DNA of 10,942 nucleotides, taken from Promethearchaeota archaeon (lineage in GTDB: Archaea > Asgardarchaeota > Odinarchaeia > Odinarchaeales > JBHLKK01). The notes under the pieces are model-generated. The model was not told where the DNA came from and searched no databases. It saw only the letters and a program-made list of their open reading frames with translations. Both the position numbers and the translations under genes were made by a program. How positions within the stretch are numbered: the first letter of the stretch is position 1; every line of letters starts with the position of its first letter. Of the stretch, positions 1-7,377 are shown piece after piece. The stretch covers positions 1 to 10,942 of the forward strand of contig JBHLPL010000065.1 in NCBI GenBank assembly GCA_048939465.1, written 5' to 3'.

Positions 1-95
1 ACGAGTACCGAAGTTGATTTTTCTACACCCCATCCATTGGCGTCTATCATGTATATGTTATCAGATAGCTTGCAGGTATCAGCAAGTATCTCCAT
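1..95 (-). CDS. Probable independently initiated downstream protein (N-terminus only), possibly an MBL-fold metallo-hydrolase
   Basis: ATG 95..93 lies 4 nt after a perfect GGAGGTGA. The 31 visible residues (MEILADTCKLSDNIYMIDANGWGVEKSTSVL) resemble the first beta-strands of MBL-fold proteins, but the HxHxDH motif is not within the window. Confidence 0.45.
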   Translation of the reverse strand, partial: MEILADTCKLSDNIYMIDANGWGVEKSTSVL

Positions 96-317
96 CTTCT
101 CACCTCCCCCAATGATCGGTAGCACCACTATCTCATCGGTATTGCTCACCTCAGTTCCAAGAGAAGCAGATAAACCATTTATTAGAACTATTACTTTGTC
201 TTCGCTTATCCTGACGCCCAGCAAATCCTTGACTTTAGTCTTTTTGCTGATCTGTATCTCCTTCTTCTTGAATTTGGCCAAACTTGCAACATACCCTAGC
301 AACCTAATCTTGACCAT
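1..317 (-). CDS. MoaD/ThiS/SAMP-family ubiquitin-like protein (72 aa, ending LPIIGGG) continuing in frame into a downstream domain; 3'-partial at the window edge
   Basis: Not in the ORF track. Manual translation from ATG 317: MVKIRLLGYVASLAKFKKKEIQISKKTKVKDLLGVRISEDKVIVLINGLSASLGTEVSNTDEIVVLPIIGGG-EK-MEILADTCKLSDNIYMIDANGWGVEKSTSVL, with no stop before position 1. The beta-grasp hallmarks are MVKIRLLG, VLING and DEIVVLPIIGGG. A GGTGA SD (329..325) overlaps the FOR stop codon, 7 nt before the ATG. MoaD-like genes commonly follow AOR-family genes. Confidence 0.85.
   Translation of the reverse strand, partial: MVKIRLLGYVASLAKFKKKEIQISKKTKVKDLLGVRISEDKVIVLINGLSASLGTEVSNTDEIVVLPIIGGGEKMEILADTCKLSDNIYMIDANGWGVEKSTSVL
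100..107 (-). promoter_or_regulatory. Shine-Dalgarno GGAGGTGA embedded in the Gly-Gly codons of the ubiquitin-like ORF
   Basis: The minus strand reads ATT GGG GGA GGT GAG AAG ATG. It matches the archaeal anti-SD consensus. Confidence 0.6.
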
Positions 318-324
318 CAAGTCT

Positions 325-2163
325 TCACCGGGTCATTTTTACGTATTCTCCAAGTTCCTCTGCCACATACGCCAGCCCCAACTTCTCCAGCGTTTTTTTG
401 GTGGGTATCCCCCTCTCATCCCATCCTCTGGCTTCGTAATACCACGAAAGCATTTTTTCGTATCCATCTCTATCGAGCTTTCTTCCTTTTAGTGGGCCTT
501 TCGTAAGAGGTTCTTCGAACCATCTTTCTGGAACAGAGTCCATTTTCCTGTTCCATTCGCCTCCGAGCTCTCGCACCCAGAATGCTCTAATCAGTGCGTA
601 TATCCTATCACCGATGACGTATAACTCATTCATCGTGTAAGAGATACCCGTTACAGCCTTAATGTATTTAGGATACCAGTCCATTTCAAACCCAAGTTCA
701 ATCCACGGAAGTCTACAGGTACCCATCCCCTCGAAAATCCCTCCCCTTATCCTTTGGAATTCAATTATCTTATCAACCTTGTCTCTACTGTATGATTCTC
801 TCCCTACTTTCATTTCCCATGCTATAATCCACGCATCTTTATGGTGTGCGCCGATGGGGGAGGTGCCGAAAGCCAGAGCCATGCCTGGATTACAGTGACA
901 GTCATATGCAGAGGCCACCAATCCTTTGGAATGGATCGCCCAAACGTGTGACCCTTGTCCGAGTCTCTGTGAGAATCGCTCGACACCGTCTGCAATAGTA
1001 TTGCCTAAACCTCTCCTGTAGGCAGTATCCTTAATCAGCTTCTTAACTTTCTCAAAATTGCCCCACTCTATCTTCTCGTCGATCAGACCCTTCTCTGAGG
1101 CCTCCATTGCAAAGCTAATCGTTCCTCCCAATGTTATGGTGTCGATCCCGTAATCGTCAGCCAGCCAAATCAGAGAGCCGATCTCCCTCAGATCGTCCAT
1201 TCCGATATTTGCCCCCAGCATTCCTACATTCTCATAATCCATTTCGACGGGTCTCTTCTCTGTGTCAAGGATTCTGTTCCCGCATCGCATGTTGCAGAGC
1301 GGACATCCAATTCGATCATGCTTCATTTCCTCCATCACATCACCGCTAATACTCTCTGCCTGCTCGAAGCGACCCTCTTTAAAGTTGTATGAGGGCAAGC
1401 AGGATGTCTCTTGGCACCAAGAATGCACGCCCATAGTTCCTTGCCTAATCCAAAAGTCATAGTTCTCTTTCTTCTTTACTTCATTGTAGCCTTCTCGACC
1501 TAGCTTCTTTAGTTCATCCGGATCCGCCAAAGGAGTTTTTTTGGAACCTTTAATCACTACTGCTTTCAGACCTTTGGAGCCCATTACTGCCCCGATGCCT
1601 GGTCTGCCTCCTGCCCTACCCTCCATTGACATGATCACAGCGTATAGAACTTTGTTTTCGCCACCTTGCCCAATGCTCAAAACACCCGCATTCTTTCCAT
1701 ATTTCTCCTCAAGCCTCTTGTGTGTTTCAAAAGACCCAAGTCCCCACAAGTCTGCTGCTGGAAGAATCTCCGCTTCATCATCATCTATATAGACATATAC
1801 GGGTTTATCTGAGGCTCCTTCAAAGATAATCGCATCAAAACCTGCCTTTCTTAATTGAATTCCTCCATATGTGCCTATATTTCCATCTCCATATCCACCG
1901 GTAAGTGGACTTTTTGCTGCAACTATCAGCTTTCCGCTGCTTGGTAATACTGCGCCAGTCAATGGACCTGCTGCCATTATGAGCTTGTTTTCAGGAGCTA
2001 AAGGATCAACTCCAGGTTTGAGTTCGTCCCAGAGGATTTTGACCGCAAACCCCCTCCCGCCAAGGAACTCCAAAGCCCATTTCCTATCATATTCTTGGGT
2101 CTTGATTTCTTGGTTTGAAAGATTGATTCTCAAGAATTTGCCATTCCACCCCTTCAACAACAT
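325..2163 (-). CDS. for: Tungsten-containing aldehyde:ferredoxin oxidoreductase, formaldehyde ferredoxin oxidoreductase (FOR)-like
   Basis: The motifs KGWNGKFLRINLS, GGRG, ENKLIMAAGPLTG, AAKSPLTGGYGDGNIG, EGRAGGRPGIGAVMGSKGLKAVV, the [4Fe-4S] ligands GCPLCNMRCGN plus GTCRLPW, DYENVGMLG, GAHHKDAW and YYEARGWDERGIP closely follow Pyrococcus FOR as recalled. The track start (2175) is likely too far upstream. Use ATG 2163, or TTG 2157 (MKGWNGK, 5 nt after GGTGA). Confidence 0.93.
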   Translation of the reverse strand: MLLKGWNGKFLRINLSNQEIKTQEYDRKWALEFLGGRGFAVKILWDELKPGVDPLAPENKLIMAAGPLTGAVLPSSGKLIVAAKSPLTGGYGDGNIGTYGGIQLRKAGFDAIIFEGASDKPVYVYIDDDEAEILPAADLWGLGSFETHKRLEEKYGKNAGVLSIGQGGENKVLYAVIMSMEGRAGGRPGIGAVMGSKGLKAVVIKGSKKTPLADPDELKKLGREGYNEVKKKENYDFWIRQGTMGVHSWCQETSCLPSYNFKEGRFEQAESISGDVMEEMKHDRIGCPLCNMRCGNRILDTEKRPVEMDYENVGMLGANIGMDDLREIGSLIWLADDYGIDTITLGGTISFAMEASEKGLIDEKIEWGNFEKVKKLIKDTAYRRGLGNTIADGVERFSQRLGQGSHVWAIHSKGLVASAYDCHCNPGMALAFGTSPIGAHHKDAWIIAWEMKVGRESYSRDKVDKIIEFQRIRGGIFEGMGTCRLPWIELGFEMDWYPKYIKAVTGISYTMNELYVIGDRIYALIRAFWVRELGGEWNRKMDSVPERWFEEPLTKGPLKGRKLDRDGYEKMLSWYYEARGWDERGIPTKKTLEKLGLAYVAEELGEYVKMTR

Positions 2164-2177
2164 CACCCAAATCAATT

Positions 2178-2211
2178 TAACATACGTGTTAGGGCTTTGA
2201 CCAATTTTTAA
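2178..2211 (-). promoter_or_regulatory. Candidate FOR promoter: TATA-like TTAAAAAT (2211..2204) and palindrome TAACA-N4-TGTTA (2178-2191) near the expected start site
   Basis: The TATA-like box is about 40-50 nt upstream of the start codon, and the palindrome is read directly from the sequence. Function is inferred. Confidence 0.35.
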
Positions 2212-2332
2212 GATTTGTGATGGCTGAAAAGACTCTTATTACCTTTGGTCCTTTGATAATTACTACTCGGGACGAATCCTGTCAATTCTACAGGCTCAGC
2301 TATCTGGCCAACATACACCACTCTCCTCTTTT

Positions 2333-2366
2333 TTATAGAATATCAACATTATTATAGAATTTCAAC
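2333..2366. repeat. Tandem direct repeat TTATAGAAT(A/T)TCAAC x2, period 19 bp
   Basis: 2333-2347 TTATAGAATATCAAC and 2352-2366 TTATAGAATTTCAAC are 14/15 identical and lie in the divergent intergenic region. Confidence 0.7.
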
Positions 2367-2458
2367 GGGCATTATCTTTGAATGCATTTGAGGAAAAAGC
2401 TATATGAGGAGTGAGTTTGGCTCTTGAGTAGTGGACGTTTATTCCAGGTCTTATTACT

Positions 2459-2848
2459 ATGGTGATTGTCGTGGATTTAGAGCTGGATATAAGCATCTGT
2501 AAACTAGCCCAAATTCTGGAGGAAATCGGGTTTGAATGGGTCAAAATCAGGAGGGGTAGTTTGGAGGCCAAAATGAAAGACGGTTGTGGGAGGATACATA
2601 TACTTGCTAAGGAAATAGAGAAGAACGAGGTATATGTAGACGTTCATTGGGACGCTCTGATCCATTTCATCTTTTTCGGAGTGGACTATGCAAGGAGACC
2701 AGAAAAAGTATGTAGTATGATTATCAAGAAAATGGAAGAGAAAGAAATGAAATGGAAGGCGGTTGGAGGAACGAACTGGTTTAGCAGGAGAAATAAGGCG
2801 ATAATAAAAGGACTCAAGATACGAAACTACAAGGTCCTTTGCCCGTAG
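2459..2848 (+). CDS. Hypothetical protein (125-129 aa, Lys/Arg-rich C-terminus)
   Basis: It is the only substantial ORF in the gap and has a protein-like composition with no recognisable motif. GGTGA (2461-2465) lies 5 nt before GTG 2471, which is probably the true start (MDLELDISICKL). Confidence 0.7.
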   Translation: MVIVVDLELDISICKLAQILEEIGFEWVKIRRGSLEAKMKDGCGRIHILAKEIEKNEVYVDVHWDALIHFIFFGVDYARRPEKVCSMIIKKMEEKEMKWKAVGGTNWFSRRNKAIIKGLKIRNYKVLCP

Positions 2849-2855
2849 TATTATT

Positions 2856-2877
2856 AATGAACAGTCAACTGTGCATT
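2856..2877. terminator. Small imperfect hairpin between convergent genes, possible terminator
   Basis: AATG-A-ACAG-TCAA-CTGT-G-CATT starts 8 nt after the stop of the hypothetical gene, in an AT-rich convergent gap. It is weak, and archaeal terminators often need no hairpin. Confidence 0.2.
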
Positions 2878-2902
2878 CATATTTATTAAAATCAAATCAA
2901 TT

Positions 2903-2917
2903 GAGAAACAGTTTCTC
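2903..2917. repeat. Perfect 15-bp palindrome GAGAAAC-A-GTTTCTC
   Basis: Read directly from the sequence: 7-bp arms with a 1-nt centre. Confidence 0.6.
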
Positions 2918-2966
2918 GTTCAGACCTATTTAACTTCATTATGTTATATTGGAGAATGTTGGCTTC

Positions 2967-4004
2967 TTATGCAAATTTGGTTGAATCAATGGTTTTCAAT
3001 TTTTCGATTAGCTTTGGGATGATTTCAAATAAGTCTCCGACAATACAGTAATCTGCAGCCTTAAAGATTGGCGAATTGGCGTCTTTGTTGATGGCGATAA
3101 TCTTCTTGGAGTTTTTCATGCCTATCAGATGCTGTATTGCTCCGGAAATACCACAAGCGATGTAAATATCAGGCTTAACAGTCTGACCTGTTAATCCAAC
3201 TTGATGGCCATAGGAGATCCATCCAGCATCTACTGCCGCTCTCGAGGCCCCAACCTCTGCACCAAGAAGGTCTGCCAACTCTTTTATCAATTTGAAACCC
3301 ATGGGACCAGCGACTCCCCTGCCACCACTAACGATTATTCTCGCGTTTTCTAAACTCATTTCATCGTCTTTTCTAATAATGTCAAGAATGTCCACAAAGA
3401 GACAGCTTTCTCCTAATTTGATTTCCTCCGGTATAATCTCCCCCCTTCTTGAGGTGTTCTTCTCTAATGGCTCGAATATTCCCCGTCTCACAGTAGCCAT
3501 TTGAGGGCGTCTATCAGGATTTACTATCGTAGCCATTACGTCTCCGCCAAAAGCAGGCCTAATTTGATGAAGAATTCTCTCATATTCCTTTCCATTCTTC
3601 TTATCTCGCCAATTCCCAATTTCTAGATCTGTGCAGTCGGCAGTCAATCCTGTCTCTAGTCTAGTCGCAATTCTGGGCGCAAGATCCCTGCCGGTGGTGT
3701 CCGCAGCGAAAAGGAGTATTTCTGGTTTTTCTTTTCTTATAAGTTCTGTTAGGACATGTGCATAAGGTAATGTCGAATAAGTTCTAAGTTTTTCATTCTC
3801 TACTAGATAGACTTTATCTGCTCCGCGTTCTATTAGTTCGGGAGCAAGTGATTCAACTTCAAACCCAAGAAGCAAGGCGGATAAATCGATTTCAATTTCA
3901 TCTGCTAACCGTCTTCCCTTAGCTAACAGTTCTAGAGTAGATCTCTTGACTTTTCTATCTTGATGATTCGCATAAATCCAGACCCCTCTATATTCGCCTT
4001 TCAT
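2967..4004 (-). CDS. etfA: Electron transfer flavoprotein subunit alpha (FixB family)
   Basis: GVWIYA, KPEILLFAADTTGRDLAPRIATRLETGLTADCT, IRPAFGG, RPQMATVR, and the FAD-domain motifs IIVSGGRGV, VGASRAAVDAGW, QVGLTGQTVKPDIYIACGISGAIQHLIGM and IAINKDANSPIF. Confidence 0.97.
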   Translation of the reverse strand: MKGEYRGVWIYANHQDRKVKRSTLELLAKGRRLADEIEIDLSALLLGFEVESLAPELIERGADKVYLVENEKLRTYSTLPYAHVLTELIRKEKPEILLFAADTTGRDLAPRIATRLETGLTADCTDLEIGNWRDKKNGKEYERILHQIRPAFGGDVMATIVNPDRRPQMATVRRGIFEPLEKNTSRRGEIIPEEIKLGESCLFVDILDIIRKDDEMSLENARIIVSGGRGVAGPMGFKLIKELADLLGAEVGASRAAVDAGWISYGHQVGLTGQTVKPDIYIACGISGAIQHLIGMKNSKKIIAINKDANSPIFKAADYCIVGDLFEIIPKLIEKLKTIDSTKFA

Positions 4005-4806
4005 ATGAATTCCCCAAACTCACGTCATCTTCTTCCAATCTTTTCAGAAAATTATCGATAACTTCATCTATGGTTTCACCCTCAACCATGTACCTGTCCC
4101 TCTGAGAAATCATCTTCTCGATTTTCCTTATTTTTGTTGGTGAACCAGAAAGACCAATCTTGCACTCATCCACTCCAATATCCTTTGTCGATAATGCTGT
4201 CAGAGGCATCTTTGTTGCTCTGATTATCCCTGCAAAAGTTGTGCCTCTAGGTTCATTTGCAGTATTCGTGATTGTCAACAAAGCGGGTAGTTTCACTCTG
4301 GCTATTTCATAACCACCTTCAAGCATGCGTCTTGCTTCTGCGTATTTTCCCCCAACTTTGAGATTGTCAACATATGTTATTTGAGGAATCCCAAGGCGTT
4401 CGGCAACACCTGGGCCAACTTGGCCAGTATTCCCATCGCTTGCTTCCATTCCACACAATATCAGGTCATAGCAGTCAAGCTTTTTGATCGCACAGGCTAA
4501 AGCGTAAGAGGTTGCCAGAGTATCTGATCCTGGAAGTCTTTTATCTGAGAGCAATACAGCTTCATCTGCCCCCATTGCTAGAGCTTCTCTAAGAACATCC
4601 CTGGCTTTGGGCGGCCCCATTGAAACTGCGGTTATTTTTGCATCGGATTTTTCTTTAATGGTAAGTGCCGCTTCTAACGCGTTTTTATCATAAGGGTTGA
4701 TTATTGAGCTGGCTTTTTCCCTGTCGAGTGTTCCGTCTTCTTTTATCCCGACATAGCCCTTTGGATCAGGAACCTGTTTTATTAAGACGATAATGTGTAG
4801 AGTCAT
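3988..4806 (-). CDS. etfB: Electron transfer flavoprotein subunit beta (FixA family)
   Basis: IIVLIKQVPD, INPYDKNALEAAL, SMGPPKA, LAMGADEAVLLSD, GSDTLATS, DGNTGQVGPGVA and GLSGSPTKI. ATG 4806 overlaps the upstream TGA (TGATG). The gene overlaps etfA by 17 nt. Confidence 0.97.
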   Translation of the reverse strand: MTLHIIVLIKQVPDPKGYVGIKEDGTLDREKASSIINPYDKNALEAALTIKEKSDAKITAVSMGPPKARDVLREALAMGADEAVLLSDKRLPGSDTLATSYALACAIKKLDCYDLILCGMEASDGNTGQVGPGVAERLGIPQITYVDNLKVGGKYAEARRMLEGGYEIARVKLPALLTITNTANEPRGTTFAGIIRATKMPLTALSTKDIGVDECKIGLSGSPTKIRKIEKMISQRDRYMVEGETIDEVIDNFLKRLEEDDVSLGNSYERRI

Positions 4807-7373
4807 CAAATCCCACTCTCATATTCCGCTAATGCCGCAATTTCCACCGGCGTAATCTTTCTATATACCTCTCTCGGTTTCTTTCTAACTCCCTGGACAG
4901 TGAGAAGGTCTTCAATTTTGATTCCAAATAATTGCTGGTTTTCCTTCAATAACGGCAGAATCCTTTGCCAATCTTGAGTAGATAAAGAAACGATTTTCCC
5001 ACCATTAAGTTGGTCTTCCCCTACCGTCTGCCAAGGATCTCTCAAATAGATTGAACTTGCAGCAGCAAGGGGAAGCAAATTCCCTCCATGATATGGAGTC
5101 TCCTGTTCAACGAGTTTTCCACCTTCGTTGAACGTAATTCCATTCAGGATGATGAAACCATTTGCGGCCATGCAGGATTCGCCCATGTAATCCTTGCATG
5201 AGCCATTTATCACGGCAGTTGAACTTCCGACAGCATTGATCAGTGGTCTATCATTTAAGTCTCCCAATACAAATGTGACTCCGCCTTTGGCACCGTACTC
5301 AAACGCTTTTCCTGCATCCCCAAAAATCACTAGTTTTCCCGACCTAAAGCAATACGCAACTGAATCTTGAACGCTTTCATGAACATAAAATTCAGGACCA
5401 TCTGCAAAAGCAGCAAGACAGTCTCCAACCCGACCATATACATCGATCTTCATCGTGTCCCGAGCTACAAGCCCCGCTCCGAAGTTTCTTTGCCCTCTAA
5501 AGTTGTAGGCTATGATTTCCCGCCATCCGAGTTCATAAGCTTTGCTAAGAAACCGACATGTCCCGTCATCTCCTTCTGGGTCGAAATCACGCACATCGAT
5601 GATCAAAGTCTGGTTTGGGCGTAAGGGCTTTCTTATTCTTTCTCTATATTCAAAGTCGACCAAACAATATCGGCTTTCTAAGCCAGATTTTATGGACGGT
5701 GCAGAACTGAATAATCTAAAAAGCGCTTTCTCAATTAGACTAACTATGTCGCTTCTTTTCTTATCACCAGTTTCGTATCTCCTATCAATCAGGTGTGTCA
5801 ACGCCTTAATTGCCAGAGACCTCTCCTTATCCCCTTTCTCTCCAAACTTCCTCATTCTTTCTGCAAAATAGTGCAATTCATCGAAATCCCATTCTTTGAT
5901 GGCCTTTGAAGCATAATGGAAGAAGTTGGTGGGCCTCTGCAGTATTTTTGATATTTCTGCATCTATGGTGGGAGAAGTACTCTTTTGATAGATAGGCTTC
6001 TTCTTATAATGAAGTTGATGATTTGCGGTCGAGATGGGTTTTCCAAACTTATCGGTGCACACCAGATTTCTTGATTCATCGACTGTAAACAGGAAGGCAC
6101 CACCATCGGTATAGCTTCCTCCTCTGGCATACCAGTACCTATCAGCCCTTGGATGAAATCTATCGTCACTTTCCGCTAGGCTCTCAAGCATTGCGTCTAT
6201 TGCTTGTTTCTCAGATGCAATAAGCCCTATTCCGAGTGTTCCTTCTTGAAGAGCAAAAACCTGTGGCCTCAACATCGAAGTATCTGTTATACCAATAAGT
6301 TGAAATCGCCTTTTGAGAGGGTCATTTCTAGCAATTATGAAAAACCATGGACCATCCGGGGAGCCGTGAGCATGTGTCGTTTGAATCACGCGATATATTT
6401 GCTTTTTTTCTTCGGGCAGCATCACAAAATCTCTTTCGGTTGTTGGAGCGATAGCCTCGATGGAATATTCCAATGGGTAACGATACACTCTCGTCAGTAG
6501 ATCCCAGTATAGGGCAGCAACTTCTGTGTCCGTCAAAAAGAGAGGGTACATGTTTCTTTGCCTAAGATACTCAGCTATCGAATAGTAGTTTGCGAAATCA
6601 CCGTTGTGAACCAAAGCATCATGTAATCCAATAAAGGGATGCGCTCCTCCCGGATGCCAGATTTTGCCTTTTGTCGGATACCTCTGGTGCCCCATCCAAA
6701 TATGAGCCTCAAGATCTTCAAGCAAATAATACTTCAGAACTTGCTCCGCATATCCGACGATCTTTAAAACCATCATATTCTTTCCGTGAGAAACAACAAA
6801 AGCCTTTTTTTTGACAAGTGAAGCATAGAACTTCTCGTTCAAACTGAAGCTATTTCGATAAATGAACTCATCTTCTGCCACGCTTGGATCTGAGTCAGGT
6901 TTGCTTTCCTCAATGAAGCTTTGTAATACGTCCTCGTCTACTTTCGTAAAATACCTCCAAACTTCAGGAGGTCTAACATCTAATCCAAGGCTCCTATAAT
7001 CTTGTAAGGTCGGAATCCTCTCCGTATAATCAATGGCAAGATATGGTTTTAGGAATTCATCCTCAACGCTCTTCCTTGATTTAGGATCTAGATAAGCCAC
7101 CTGTATCAGATAATCCTCCTCCAAGACTCTTTTGGGTACCCCCAGTTGCATGTGAGAAAGCCCGACCGCCGCTAAACCACCACCCTTCCCATTACCTCTG
7201 TTGTGCATCTGCACCATTGGTCGTAGCAGATGTTCCCCTCTAATTGGGAGAGAACAGGCAACTCCGAGAACACCACATCCGCCTTCGGCTATTCTCTGTT
7301 GAAACTTTGAGTTAGAAGAATATCTGAGCATTTTTTCCTTCGAGATATTCTTGTTGTCTGACTTACTCGTCAT
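4806..7373 (-). CDS. gltB1: Glutamate synthase-like subunit: class II glutamine amidotransferase (GltB1) fused to a GXGXG beta-helix domain (GltB3)
   Basis: The Ntn nucleophile context AEGG-CGVLG (Cys33), HNRGNGKGGG, GHQRYPT, HPF, VHNGDFANY and TDTEVAAL mark the GATase domain. The C-terminal repeats GQRNFGAGL, GRVGDCLAAFADG, GDAGKAFEYGAKGG and LINAVG mark the GXGXG domain. Confidence 0.88.
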   Translation of the reverse strand: MTSKSDNKNISKEKMLRYSSNSKFQQRIAEGGCGVLGVACSLPIRGEHLLRPMVQMHNRGNGKGGGLAAVGLSHMQLGVPKRVLEEDYLIQVAYLDPKSRKSVEDEFLKPYLAIDYTERIPTLQDYRSLGLDVRPPEVWRYFTKVDEDVLQSFIEESKPDSDPSVAEDEFIYRNSFSLNEKFYASLVKKKAFVVSHGKNMMVLKIVGYAEQVLKYYLLEDLEAHIWMGHQRYPTKGKIWHPGGAHPFIGLHDALVHNGDFANYYSIAEYLRQRNMYPLFLTDTEVAALYWDLLTRVYRYPLEYSIEAIAPTTERDFVMLPEEKKQIYRVIQTTHAHGSPDGPWFFIIARNDPLKRRFQLIGITDTSMLRPQVFALQEGTLGIGLIASEKQAIDAMLESLAESDDRFHPRADRYWYARGGSYTDGGAFLFTVDESRNLVCTDKFGKPISTANHQLHYKKKPIYQKSTSPTIDAEISKILQRPTNFFHYASKAIKEWDFDELHYFAERMRKFGEKGDKERSLAIKALTHLIDRRYETGDKKRSDIVSLIEKALFRLFSSAPSIKSGLESRYCLVDFEYRERIRKPLRPNQTLIIDVRDFDPEGDDGTCRFLSKAYELGWREIIAYNFRGQRNFGAGLVARDTMKIDVYGRVGDCLAAFADGPEFYVHESVQDSVAYCFRSGKLVIFGDAGKAFEYGAKGGVTFVLGDLNDRPLINAVGSSTAVINGSCKDYMGESCMAANGFIILNGITFNEGGKLVEQETPYHGGNLLPLAAASSIYLRDPWQTVGEDQLNGGKIVSLSTQDWQRILPLLKENQQLFGIKIEDLLTVQGVRKKPREVYRKITPVEIAALAEYESGI

Positions 7374-7377
7374 ATTA

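Noticed and set aside
100-110. Programmed frameshift in the G-run to terminate the Ubl at the nearby TGA
   Set aside because: A -1 slip gives IGGR-stop, which still lacks a free Gly-Gly terminus, and no stimulatory structure is evident.
37-492. 151-aa plus-strand ORF
   Set aside because: It is an antisense shadow of the Ubl ORF and the FOR 3' end, Ser/Ile/Leu-rich with no motifs. The minus-strand frames have clear family signatures.
2164-2175. Track start for FOR (MIWV extension)
   Set aside because: The extension contains the GGTGA SD itself, and FOR homologues begin at about MxGW.
662-2200. Five short plus-strand ORFs (662, 1131, 1262, 1541, 1871)
   Set aside because: All lie antisense to FOR and have no recognisable motifs.
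2362-2571. 69-aa minus-strand ORF
   Set aside because: It overlaps the better-supported plus-strand gene and the intergenic repeat, and has no motif.
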